Positions 1 through 11,778 of a stretch of DNA of 58,801 nt are shown in pieces. The DNA is from Octopus bimaculoides (taxonomy: Eukaryota). The stretch's first letter is position 1, and each line of letters begins with the position of its first letter. The stretch is from positions 75,373,200 to 75,432,000 of the forward strand of contig NC_068982.1 in NCBI RefSeq assembly GCF_001194135.2. The letters are read 5' to 3'. The position numbers were made by a program, and so were the translations under genes. The notes under the pieces are model-generated. The model ran no database searches, was not told the origin of the DNA, and worked only from the letters and a program-made list of their open reading frames with translations.

Positions 1-43
<43 letters not shown>

Positions 44-99
44 ATGTGTGTATTTATATATATTTATTTGTATATATATATATATATGTATATATTTCT

Positions 100-330
100 T
101 CACCCATTCCCTTCCGGTCATTTCAATATGTGAAAGTGTGTGTATCGTTGGCAATTTTCTTTCTCCATCTTCTCTTCTTTGGACTGTTTCTATATTTCTG
201 ATGAAGAGCTCCGTTTGAAACATGAAAACCTCTTTCTTTTCTTTCCTTTCCTGAGTGTCCAATAACGCAGTGCTTGTTCCATGTCCTCGCATTGTTGTTT
301 TTTCTTGCTTGTTCTTGTTTGGATTGACTA
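100..330 (+). mobile_element. 3' tail (pLTR-like) remnant of a Penelope-like element with decayed hammerhead core at 198-220
   Basis: ttt-CTGATGA-A-GAGC-TCC-GTTT-GAAA-CATGAAAAC; same layout as the tail of the Penelope-like element at ~3030; boundaries approximate. Confidence 0.5.
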
Positions 331-679
331 TGTATATGTATATAATTAAAATTAGAGTTCAGCAAAAATTGCTTCACCACACACCGAAATTAGAAATAGC
401 AGTTAAAACTACTATTTCACTACCATGATATATCTCCCAGACAGCAGCACTCGCAACTCACACAGGTAAAAAGAAAAATAACTTAATCCCCAAATGAAGT
501 CAATCATTAATTCTAATCTCATCAAATATTTGCAAACTAACTGTGTACACTTTAACCACAAACCGATATACTTTCACTAGAACAGCTCCCCTCTCCAAAG
601 ATCTCAATTAGGGGAAAGAACATCTCTGTTACTTCATGTAGTCCACATGAACAGTTCATAGTCTTTGTTTTTACATTAG

Positions 680-733
680 CAGTTGATAGTAACAACTCTG
701 GAGTATTTAGAATATGTCAAGTTTACATTTCCT
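680..733 (+). CDS. candidate internal exon (phase 1-1) of unidentified plus-strand gene, (A)VDSNNSGVFRICQVYIS
   Basis: ttttacattag|CAG acceptor, CCT|gtgagt donor, 54 nt, open in the phase needed to join the 1465 exon. Confidence 0.45.
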
Positions 734-995
734 GTGAGTGTATATCATTTTTATAAGTAATGTCTGCACCGATTTCACAGAAATTAATTTTTATCTACTT
801 TCCAGTTCCTGAATAATTAAAGTAGCAGCTGCAATCAGTGACTATAAAACTGCTTTTAACTTATTCAAACAAGTCACATATTTAGAAATGGCATTTTCTT
901 TTACTGTTCTTGTTAACATATTTCTAGTGAAATACACTGCTTTTGTTTCAATTGATTTTGAAAATATTGAAGAAAAATAACTTTGTTACAATTAA

Positions 996-1205
996 CCTTT
1001 AAGCATTCAGGTTACTCTGTCAAATGTAATGCTTATTTATTCACATTGTTTTGAATTAATCATGCATTATCTTGTGGCTTCAAGATTTTGATGACATGAT
1101 TAATTTTTTAGAATGATTTAAGGTAGGTGTGAAAGGCCAGATCTGGTTGGTTTCAACATAAAACAGGTAGAATATTTGGGCTAGATATGGCCTGTTTAAA
1201 TGTTT
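996..1205. mobile_element. piggyBac-type MITE copy, right end decayed
   Basis: ttaa|cctttaagcattcag start; internal sequence shared with 11603-11778, 29087-29285, 47536-47751. Confidence 0.6.
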
Positions 1206-1464
1206 CAAGGTGGAAGCTATTGTTGGGAACAGAAATTAATGTAAAATTTTAATAGAAGATTTCAATTTAGATCATGTTAAAAATATGACGCTTGTATCAT
1301 AGAACCAGGGATGGTCCCAAGGAGGCTGGTATCAAAAGAACTAATTTCTTCCCAAAGATTTTTAACCAATATATTTTCATGAAATCACACGCTGTTTTCT
1401 ATTTCCTAAAGTGACTCTGAGAAGAATATTTTTTTTATATTATTATATTTATTTCACTTTTTAG

Positions 1465-1758
1465 GTGTAAATGTACTTGCAAGCCTAAAGAAAGGTTCTG
1501 ATAGTATGACAGGATCAAGTATAAACATAACTAAACCTGGGGTTCAGACTCCCAGTCAGCTGAGTAATAATACAGCATTTAGCATTAACACATCAAATGC
1601 AGTATTGACAAGTCCAGTATCTTCATCAGACAAGGGTTATTCTCTTTTGGCTGTCAAAAGTAATAAAACAGACAGCTCTGACCCAGGACCAGGATCTCCC
1701 CAAATGAAGTCAATCAATATCTCCAATATCATCAAATATTTGCAAACTAACTCCTCGG
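1465..1758 (+). CDS. internal exon (294 nt, phase 1-1), Ser/Thr/Asn-rich, unidentified protein
   Basis: cactttttag|GT acceptor, TCG G|gtgagt donor, open throughout (VNVLASLKKGSDSMTGSSINITKPG...KYLQTNSS); includes track ORF 1506-1772. Confidence 0.75.
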
Positions 1759-2454
1759 GTGAGTCTGTGTAATATTGTTCTCTGACAGAATTTAAGTAAT
1801 GTTTCACACACACACACACACAATACCAGATAAATTTCTTCTTCTGCAAGGGTATTCCTTGCCAACACTGAGCCATCAACATCTCTATACATGTGTGTTT
1901 GTATGTGTGTAAGTTCAATGCTCATGTTTTGAGTATCACTTTCCTAACCCACTTCCTGGGCAACCACGTGGGATTCTAAGATGTGAGGACTTAGATTAAG
2001 TAGCAGCAAATATTGTCCTGAATGGCACTATCACTGTAAAACTTTACGTATGATTTACCAAACAAGCTTCAACATAAATATTGGTGACACAATATAAGTC
2101 TATGTAATGCCTGTATGTGTATGTCTGTTTGTGTAAGTGGACAGAGCATGGCTGAATAGTTCAGAAATTTGGCTTGTTATTACAAGGGCCTGAGTTCAAT
2201 TCCACTCTATACCACATTGGACAAATGCCTTCTACCATTAGCATAGGTTGCTCTAAGCCTTGTAAGTGGCATTGGGTAGATGGAAATTTTCTGGAAGACT
2301 GTTTGGATGGATTATATCTCTAAATTTAAAGTCATCCAGTTTTTATGTTGTACAGTTTCAACTTGATTCAGCCAGAAGCTACTGGTCCGTGATATAGCTG
2401 AGTACATCACAGACCTGCTTGATCAAGCATTTAAATGCTCATAACCAAGACTAA

Positions 2455-2488
<34 letters not shown>

Positions 2489-2934
2489 TGAGTGAGTGAG
2501 TGAGTGAGTGAGAGAGAGAGAGAGAGAATTTCTAACCTTGATAGACACAGGCATGGCTTTATAGTTGAGAATCTTGCTTCCCAGTTACATGGTTTCAGGT
2601 TCAGTATCAGTGTTTCACATTGGGCAAGTGTCTTCCACTATAGCCCTGGATCAACCAAAATCTTGAGAGTGTATTTGGTAGAAGGAAACTGTTAGAAGCT
2701 AATCAAGTATATGTGTGCACAATGCATGTGTTCATATACATTATGTAAATGTATGCCTGTATGTCTTCATAGATTTTACATGTGCATAGATTTTACATGT
2801 AGTACATTCACTTTAACTACTGTTAACTGGAACACACAATGTTGGTGCATTGTGTGGACATATATGACACATCTACATGTTTATATATATGTAGGTGTGT
2901 GTGTATATATATATATATATATATTCTCCCTATA

Positions 2935-4650
2935 TATATAGGGAGAATTCACAAAAAATCAACAGGTGGTGTTGAAAACAAATAGATGTATTAATATAAC
3001 GCTCGGGAATTGAGAAAGTCTTTTTTAACATTTCAAGCATATGCTCTTCTACAGAAAGGAACATGGAAAGAAACAAGGAGAGAAAAAAATGTGTGTAGTG
3101 GTCAGCGATCTTTCATGGCGAATGCCGTATAGAAGGGTCACACAGGAGAGTTAAGAAGGGGAGATAACAAAGTAGTAGTGATCTCAAAACGAAGGTGCGT
3201 GTGTGTGAGAGAATGCTGGTGATCTTAACGTATGCGTGTGTGCATGTAGGTGTGAAGGTGTGGGGATAGGAATTGGTCAGTGGTGGTGTGTGCGTGGTGA
3301 TGTGTTGTGATGTGATGCGTTGTGTGGTATGGTGTAGCGTGGTGTGGTGTGATGGTGTTGAGAGGTGGGGTGGGGGTATGTGGGAGAGGGTGTAGGGGAT
3401 GGGGTGGAATGGGAAGGCGGGGTGGGCTTATGAGGGAGGATTGATGATGAAGAGGGAAGGGGAAGGTGGGTAAGAGAGAAAGAGGAAGAGAGAACGAGAG
3501 TAGGAGTGAAGAGAAGAGAAGTAGGAGTCGGAGCAAGAGAGGAGAGGTGGGTGGGAGTAGGAGGGAGAGGAAGAGAGGCAAGGGGAGGAGAGTTGAGCCC
3601 ATGTGGCGCAAAGGAGTGAAGAGAGTGCAAACGGGAGTCTGGATGGCCCCTGTGCAAGGATAATCTGAACACGGACAGGTGTTGCAAAGAGTGACCAGTA
3701 GAGCAGAAATGGCATGACACCGGGGTGTCATTGTCAAGGCGGATGTCTCGGAGGTGTTCCGTGAACCGGTCAACCAAGCAGTGTCTCGTTTGTCTGATGT
3801 ACAGAGAATGGCAGAGAGAGCAGGAGATGCAACAGATGATATTGGTAGAAGTGCAGGTGAAGGAGTCGGTGATGCGATAGGGTCGATGATGGGTGCCGGT
3901 GAGGAGGGTGGTGTCGGAGAGGTAAGGGCAAGTACAGCAGCGTGGACGGGAGCAGGGGAACAAGCCAGGTTGGGAGGTTGGGTTGGGGAAGAAGCTGTGG
4001 ACCAAGAGGTCTCGTAGGTTGTAGGCTTGTTTGAAGGAGGGGAGGGGTCAGTTAGGGAAGATGTGTGAGGTGGAGGGGTTGGACTTGAGGTGCCGGAAAG
4101 CTCGGAGAATGGTGCATTGGAGAGGTAGGGTGGTAGATGAGGGAAAAAGGGAGGCGGGAGATGACAGGACGGGTTCAGGGGGAGAGAACAGATGCACGGT
4201 CCACGGGACGTGCTCTGGCAAGGGCGGTGTGGATAGTGGTGAGGGGATATCCACGTAGGATGAAGTGGCAAGCCATGAGTTGAGACTGAGTCTCAAAGTC
4301 ATGGCTGTCACTACAGAGCCTGCGTAGACGGAGGAATTGGGAATAGGGGATGGAACGCTTGGTGTGTTTAGGGTGGGAGGAGGAGAAGTTGAGATAAGAG
4401 TGTGAGTCTGTGTGTTTGTAGTGGATGGAGGTGGTAAGAGTGGAGTGATGAACGCTGACCGAAATGTCAAGAAAGGAGACGGAGGTGTCAGAGATAGTGC
4501 AGGAGAAGTGGAGGGCAAGATGGAAACATTTGACAAAAGAGGAAGGAGTCTAGATGTTTGCGGGAGAGTGAGGTGGCACCGATACAGTCGTCAATATATC
4601 GGCCATATAGTTCGGGAGTGGGACCAGTAAAACTTGAGAATATTTGATAT
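2935..4650 (-). mobile_element. 5'-truncated, frameshifted Penelope-like retroelement (RT C-terminus, Cys-rich linker, GIY-YIG endonuclease, 3' tail), antisense in an intron of the plus-strand gene
   Basis: manual minus-strand translation: YGRYIDDCIG (RT), SFLDISV, HYKHTDSHSYL..HP..KRSIPYSQFLRLRRLCS (thumb), PCSRPRCCTCPY, FTCTSTNIICCISCSLCHSLYIRQTRHCLVDRFTEHLRDI (GIY-YIG); stops and frameshifts present. Confidence 0.85.
3025..3057 (-). ncRNA. hammerhead-like motif (A6U variant, CpG-decayed) in the Penelope-like 3' tail
   Basis: minus strand ttt-CTGTAGA-A-GAGC-ATAT-GCTT-GAAA-TGTTA-AAA. Confidence 0.5.
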
Positions 4651-4924
4651 ATATATACATGCACACACACATCCACTCACATATGTATCTTTTGGACTTG
4701 TACATGTCTAGTGAGTGACTGGGTCTGAAACCATGTATTAAAACTGAAGCAGTTATTTCCTGGAAGAACCATACAGCCAATTAAAATATGTTTGTGTGTG
4801 TGTGCATATGTGTTTTCTGCCTGTTATTACTTATATTGCTATACTGCCAATTTATATCATCTACCTAACTATGTATGTATGTATGTATGCATGCATGCGT
4901 GTGTGCATAGTTCAGGGTTTGTAG

Positions 4925-5150
4925 AATTTTCACATTTTATTTTATATTTTTACAAGTACTTTCATGTTTTAAAACAATTTTCAGGGAAGTGTTTAACTGA
5001 TGGCATCAACAACTTATGTGCTTTACAACTGAGAATTGTTGTCAGTTGTGAAGCACCTAAGTTGTTGATGCCATTAGATATACATTTACCTGAAGATTGT
5101 TTTAAAACATAAAAGCACTTGAAAAAATATAAAAATAAAATGTGAAAATT
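4925..5150. repeat. inverted repeat (~108-bp arms, 9-nt spacer), each arm with a decayed hammerhead core
   Basis: arms 4925-5032 and 5042-5150 align as reverse complements with scattered mismatches; cores CTGAAAA (minus, 4978-4984) and CTGAAGA (plus, 5090-5096). Confidence 0.8.
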
Positions 5151-6410
5151 GGATTGTGTTGAAATTTTATTGATGTACACACACACACACACACACACAC
5201 ATCCATCCATCCATACATACATAGTTCACCTTTATATATATATATAAATGAAGTGATGTTGTGCTTGTGAAAAAGTAATATGTATACTTCACTGCAACTT
5301 TGCTATATATCTATTATATATTTTATGTAAGTTTGTGTGTATATGTGTTATCAGTATTGTGTTGCATTCACTTTGCATGGGTTTGCAATAGAGTCTATAC
5401 ACTGCTTGATGCATGCAGCATGAGATGGTGAATGCCTTTTATTAATGTTCTTTTCTTTTCTTTTTTAAATGTTATTGTTAAGACTTTTGTTTTATTTTAG
5501 TTTTGTTCATTTGTTTCTTTCTAATGTTTAACTGATCAGTCTTTCTAATTTCAGCTCGATATAAGTTGACATAAATTCCATTAAAAAAATTTTCTGTTGA
5601 GTGTAAGGCTTTTTATATAAGGAGAAAAGAAAATCAAATTACCAGCATATTACCACACTACTTTTGCAGAAAATCTAGGTTGTTACTTGTACTGTATTTG
5701 AACCATGGAAACTATGAAAACTACATACACACAAAAAAAAAAATGTCTTCAAAAATAAAGTTTTGAAAATGAGAGTCTACTTTCAAAATACTGGGGCACC
5801 AATGCTATTGGTTGAAGCCTTACTGTATGTGAACCCAGTATACTGGGTTCTGTGCATGTACTCTTGGGACCCAGAAACCAAGTTAGCTTGTTTTTCTTAA
5901 AATTATTCATAATTCACATGAAATAGTACACATATTGTATTTTTATTGGCTAATAGAAAGAGGATGTGAGAACTGATTTGCACATGATTAATGTGTTATG
6001 TCACCAAAGCTTTTATCAGTAAGGAGAGGGTTAATAACTGTTAGATAGCCTGTGCATTGTATTAGCTCTCTATATATACATAGTATGGTATGTAGAAGTT
6101 GTATACTATAATAGCTTAACATATACATAGCAGGGTACATAAAGGCTGTGCTACTATATTAAATCTACATATAATTTATACTTCTATGTGTATGTAATGC
6201 TTGTATATGTTATCTAAATCAAGACATCAAAGTTACTGCAAAGAGTTGTTTTAATATTTGTGCCATTCTTGAGAGCACTAACATGTTTAGCCAAGGTATT
6301 AAAACTGGTCATTAAATCTAGACTGCAGATTTGACTGATCTTCTGACTTATCTATATTTAATATATGTTCATGCATATGTATCTTTACATAGTGTCTATG
6401 TACCTTCTCA

Positions 6411-6473
<63 letters not shown>

Positions 6474-6503
6474 TAGCTAGATATTTATCAGTGGATTTAC
6501 AAT

Positions 6504-6626
6504 GCTACCATTGGTTTCATGCCTAAATATCACTATTATCAAGCGCCTCCAAAATGGAGATGGATTACCAACATTTTAAGTGGAATACTTGATAATTGTG
6601 ATATTTCCATATGAAACCTATGATAA
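6504..6626. repeat. inverted repeat with hammerhead-like TTGATAA...GAAACCAATGGTA arms
   Basis: left arm on minus: gc-TTGATAA-..-GAAA-CCAATGG-TA-GC; right arm on plus: TTGATAA 6589-6595, GAAA 6613-6616. Confidence 0.6.
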
Positions 6627-6701
6627 CACCAGATCCATTAATAAGGAATATATTTATCCACTAAACACAATGTTGAACACTCATTCTTAATGCTTAACAC
6701 T

Positions 6702-6742
<41 letters not shown>

Positions 6743-6913
6743 TTATATACTGTGTAAATAAACCTCCCAGATCCATGTTTATCAAGAATGGTGAGTATGA
6801 GTTTCACTTTTTTTTTTTTGCTGCACCCTCTATATGTGTTCAATACTTCCGTTGTACTAAATTTTATTGAGCTGCTTCTGTCACACTATTTTATTATTTC
6901 ATTTCAATTCTAG

Positions 6914-6948
6914 GACCAAATTCTAACATGAAAGAAGATAATTTAAAG
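6914..6948 (+). CDS. small exon (G)PNSNMKEDNLK, phase 1-0, same unidentified gene
   Basis: ttcaattctag|GA acceptor, AAG|gtaatg donor; 35 nt bridges the phase-1 end of the 1465 exon to the phase-0 start of the 7331 exon. Confidence 0.7.
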
Positions 6949-7330
6949 GTAATGAATATTATTCTTTTTCTCATTGTGTTACTTTGACCAACCTCACCTT
7001 GATTCTTTGATGATATATTTACATAGTATTTTTGTTTCCCCCCTTTTGTACATTGTTAATTTGTATGTGTGTGCGTGTGTGTGTTATATATGCATGCCTC
7101 TTCAACGAAGCACTATTGTCTAGGTTAAAAACTCCTGGTACAGGGTTGATAAAGTACCAGTCAAGTACAAGGGGTGATGTAATCAACTTACCCCCCTCCC
7201 TTCTAAATTGCTGGACTTGTGCCAAAATTACAAAGAATTATTATTATTTTGCATTCAATTTCTACTTCCTTTCTATTCTTTCTCTCTACTACTATCATTT
7301 CTAATGGTACTTCTTCTTCTCTATTAACAG

Positions 7331-7429
7331 GTTGGTTTCAACAATATAGAAGACAGTATTGACAAGATGCAGAAGAGTATGACCCTTGATGATGATAAAA
7401 TGAATTCTTTAGAAAAGGGCCACAGATAG
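7331..7429 (+). CDS. terminal coding exon VGFNNIEDSIDKMQKSMTLDDDKMNSLEKGHR*
   Basis: cttcttctctattaacag|GTT acceptor, 32 codons then TAG at 7427-7429, followed by T-rich UTR-like sequence. Confidence 0.7.
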   Translation, partial: VGFNNIEDSIDKMQKSMTLDDDKMNSLEKGHR

Positions 7430-8511
7430 AGGAGAATCACCCCAATTTTTTTTTCTTTTGTTTTCTCTCTTTCTCTCTCTCTCTTTTCATTTTGTTACCC
7501 ATTTTGAAATCTTTCTCTGTTTCAAAATAACCAAATTTTTGTTCAAATTTTGATTCAAATCCAATGTTTTTTTATTTTTTTTACTTCTAATTTTCAGTTT
7601 GAAATTTGAAATTGATAATTCTGAGGTGTTTTCATTACCTGGAAAATAATAGTGTTGTTGGGGGTAAAATTAAAATTTACAATTTAAGATCAAATGTCAA
7701 TTAAAGTATGTCTAAAAACACCTGTTTTAATCAATTTTTGAATTGAAATTTTTATCACCGTGGAGAATTCCTTGTCGAATTCAAACAGTAAAGAAGACTC
7801 ATATGTATCTGTAAAAAAAGGAAAATGAAGTTATTTTATTTTATTTTAATTTTCTCGTTTCCTAAAAAAAAGAAAAGAAGTTAATTCTTAATTTTGAAGA
7901 AAGGGTTCATTAATTAATTAATTGATATAAAAAAATAAAAAAATTGGGAGAAAAATTTCATTAGTTCCTTTTGTTGTTGTTATGATATAATTTTCATGGC
8001 TTTACTTTTTTACAGGAATTTTAATTCTTGGTCTCACACACACACACACACATACACACATTGGTTACAAACTGCAATTGGTGTCTTTGTGATTAAAAAT
8101 GTTTTTCTTTCCTTTGTAACATATTGGTTTTTATTGAGTTCTCTCCTACTCTTACCTCCGAAAGGGTTGGATGTTTTCATTCAACGATGTTTATAATCCA
8201 TATTTTCTCTTCCCCCCACTTCCATCCATGCCTTTACATTCACTCATTTTCTTTATTATCATTATTATTGCTACACATCTTTAATCAATCTATCATCATT
8301 ATTATTATTATTATTATCATCATTATTGCAGTTATTACATCTATACATATCGATCACTCTCTCTCTCTCTCTCTCTCTCTTCCTCTATATCTCTCTTATT
8401 TTTCATTTCAATGTATTTAGTTTAAATGAAATTTTCTTAGAGAAAAATCACCGGGCCTTTCTAAAAAAGAACAAAACAAAATTTACATCCTATGTCCCTC
8501 AATATTTACGA

Positions 8512-8745
8512 AGGCACATGGCATTGTGGTTAGGGTGTTGCACTCATGAATGCAAGATTGTGGCTTCAGTTTCTGGACAGAGCAATCCATTGTGTTCTTG
8601 AGCATAATACTTCATTTCTTGTTGCTCCAGTCTATTCAGCTGTAAAAAAACACAATCAGATCACCCTGTAATGAACTGGCATTGCATTCAGTGGAGAATA
8701 TTGTGATCTTGATCATTTATACACCATGGAAACAGTATAAGCAGA
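8512..8745 (+). mobile_element. tRNA-derived SINE (family D), decayed
   Basis: ggcacatggcattgtggttagggtgtt head; homologous to 50150-50400. Confidence 0.55.
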
Positions 8746-9340
8746 ATGTCCAGGCATTGATAATGATGATGAGTTTGAAAAGCAAATATTTTTTTTGTTT
8801 CTAATCTGTACTCAGCTTTAGAGAAATTAAAGTTTGCCATGGGAGCTCTGGGTATTTTTGTGATCTTTGATTGAAAATATTGAGTTCCTAATTTTAATTT
8901 TGGCAACAGACAATAATAAAAAGATTCCAACCCCAGTGTATCTTGCCTGAAGTTACTGTTTGAAGACTGCTGAAGTCTTCTCCATTGGTGGATCATCATT
9001 CTACTTTCTATGATGTTACTATATTATTGTAGAGCACAAAGGACATAGATTTTGTCTTTTTATTTCATCATCTATTGGAAGTTGTGAAGTTGTTATGTTT
9101 GTTTTGCTTGTGTGTGTGTGTGTTTTTTTTTTTAAATTTTTTTTCCCTCATTGTTTTGTTTTTGCAACACAAACAAATAAAAACAAAAAGATACCAACAT
9201 TTCTTGTGAATGGTAACTAAACCCATTTGGCAAGACAAAAATATTTTCCCTTCAGAAAATAGAAATAATAATAGAAATTAAATTTAGTATCCATTTAGAA
9301 TCTCAATCTTTGTAAGTGTGTGTGTGTGTATGTGTATATA

Positions 9341-9401
<61 letters not shown>

Positions 9402-11602
9402 ATATATATAATTGTGTGTGTGTGTGTGTGTGTGTGTATAATGTGAATTACTTAAAACAAAAAACTGAAGTTGAATTTTTTTCTTGGGTTTTGGAAAGAG
9501 GATGTTTTGGGAGTGGTTTTTTTCAACTAACTCATATATATTTATAAAAGGTATGCATTTTGTATAAGAAATCATTTATGATGAATCCCTGAAAGGGACG
9601 AAAACACTAAATAGTTTTTATTCAAATTCTGCTTTTTTCTTAATACATAGGAATGTATGAATGTGTGTATGTGTGCAGTTGTGGCCAAAAGTTTGGAACA
9701 TTTTTTTAAAAATCAAAATAGTTGTACCTAAAAGTTCAATTTGATTCATATATATACAATGTAGAGATATACTTTACCTAATAACTGGACATTTGATATG
9801 AAAATTCTAAGTTTTTGACCTATGTTCCAATTCTAAGTTTTTGACCTATGTGTTTAAATATAAGAGAATTATGTAACATGAAGATGGAAACAGCAGGCTT
9901 TAATAGCAAATCACAACATTTATTTCTGTACTGGACACCAGTTTTAAGTTTCATTTATATATCATTACATAAAATTATTGTTTAGAATAACTATATAAAT
10001 ATGATTCAGTGATAGGTGTGTTGGTGCTTTCTCAGGCAGAATGCACCAACACACAGCAGTCGCTGAATCATAACATTTGCAAGGAAAATGTTGTCAGTGA
10101 CTTCAAGGTTTCAGCCTGTTCACCTACATCATTAGTGAAGTTGATCAAGCTGAAACTTTAAAGTCTTTGCCACCCCTTCTCCTTGTAAAAGTATAATAGA
10201 CATGTACTCAACTAGAAAGTATTAAATAATACTTCTATTTGTTTTTATACATAATGTAACATAGTTGTAGTGCACCTGAGCACTATATAATAAGTTCATT
10301 ATACATTGATATATCTGTGTGTGTGTGTGTGTGTGTGTGTAAAGGTGAGATCCAAGGATACAGGTGTAGGAAGTTAGTGAACTTCGAGCAGTCCATAGAA
10401 GTATAAAAACAGTTTTCAGGAACAATAATGGTATCTTAACTTTGAATAATTCCCAGATGACTATGAAATGACTTGGTAATGGTAAAGTGGAAAGCATCAA
10501 CTTTCACTCATTGCTATCATTGTTGTCATCATCATCATTGTTTTAACATCCACTTTATCATGCTTGTATGTGCCAGATGAAATTTGTTGAGGCAGATTTT
10601 CTACAGCAAGACAATATTTCTTCTTTTAATCCTTCAAACACAAACAGCACAGTGCTCACAGCATGATTTCCTGGGAAGATTGCAAACAAATGATGCCACT
10701 GTCTTTGTATGATGGTGATGTTTGTTTACAATTTGCATACAATGCCAAGACAAGGATACATGAACAAACTCATACTCTGTGCACACACACACACACACAC
10801 ACACACATGCATGCATGCACATGCACTCAACAGGCTTCTTTTCAGTTTCTATCTACTAAATCCACTCTCAAGCCTTTGGAGTGGGCCACAAAAAAAGTTG
10901 TAATCTTCCTTTTCATTTCTAGAATTCAAAACAAATTTTGAAATAATTGCTATTTTTTTTTTGCTCTTCCATGCTACACTCCTTACCCCCCCCCCTACCA
11001 TTCTCTCTTCAAAAATGGGAGCAGCTATGTAGCTCCTCCACAGCAAGAAACCTATTCTACTCTGGTCCCTTTTCTCATACTTTAATCTCTCATACCCTAG
11101 TATAAAGTTGCCTCTTTCAAGGTTCGTTGTCTTGCAAGCTGTATGCTGACTTCATTAGTGCTGGTGGCTCAGAAAAAAAGCACCCAGTACACATAATATA
11201 AAGTGGTTGGTGTTAGGAAGGTCATTCAACCATAGAAACCATACTAAAGCAGACACTGGAGCACATTGGATCCTGTCAAACTCTTCTGCCCATGCCAACA
11301 TGGAACATGGACGTTAAATGACAATGATAATGATGAAATTAATTTATTTGAAATGATTTCCTTTGTAAAAAATATTAAGAAGTGTATATTTATTTTTGAT
11401 AGGGTCATTTTCTGAAGCTATTTACTTCACTTACATTATGAAAATATGCCACAAGAAAAGCATAAATACCACAATTTTGTATCCTTACTTTTTTTTCTAC
11501 TCTCATTCCTGGTAAACCTGAGAATTTGTGCCTCATCAATTAAAAAAAACAAAACAAACAAAATACTGTTGGCTACCTTGATTTCATTGTTTTGTTACTC
11601 AA

Positions 11603-11778
11603 CCCTTTAGCATTCAGATTACTTTGTCACATGTAATGCCTATTTGTTCACATTGTTTTGAATTAATTGTGCGTTATCTCATAGCTTGAAGATTTTGATG
11701 ATGTGATCATTTATTTTTAGAATGATGCTGTAGGGTAAGTGTGAGAGGCTGGATCTGACTGGTTTAAATGCTAAAGGG
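11603..11778. mobile_element. piggyBac-type MITE with both terminal inverted repeats
   Basis: CCCTTTAGCATT...AATGCTAAAGGG, flanked by TCAA/TTAA; CCCT ends with TTAA target are the piggyBac signature. Confidence 0.7.

Noticed and set aside
441-465. Possible 25-nt exon TAALATHT with CAG|gtaaaa donor
   Set aside because: Weak acceptor and an in-frame stop just upstream; phase-compatible but unsupported.
3225-4271. 348-aa Pro/Ser-rich minus ORF and overlapping plus ORFs
   Set aside because: Alternative frames of the C-rich Penelope-like element; the real RT and GIY-YIG motifs lie in other frames.
9803-9851. 26-bp tandem duplication; a similar 19-20-bp duplication at ~11953-11992
   Set aside because: Simple local slippage duplications with no further structure.
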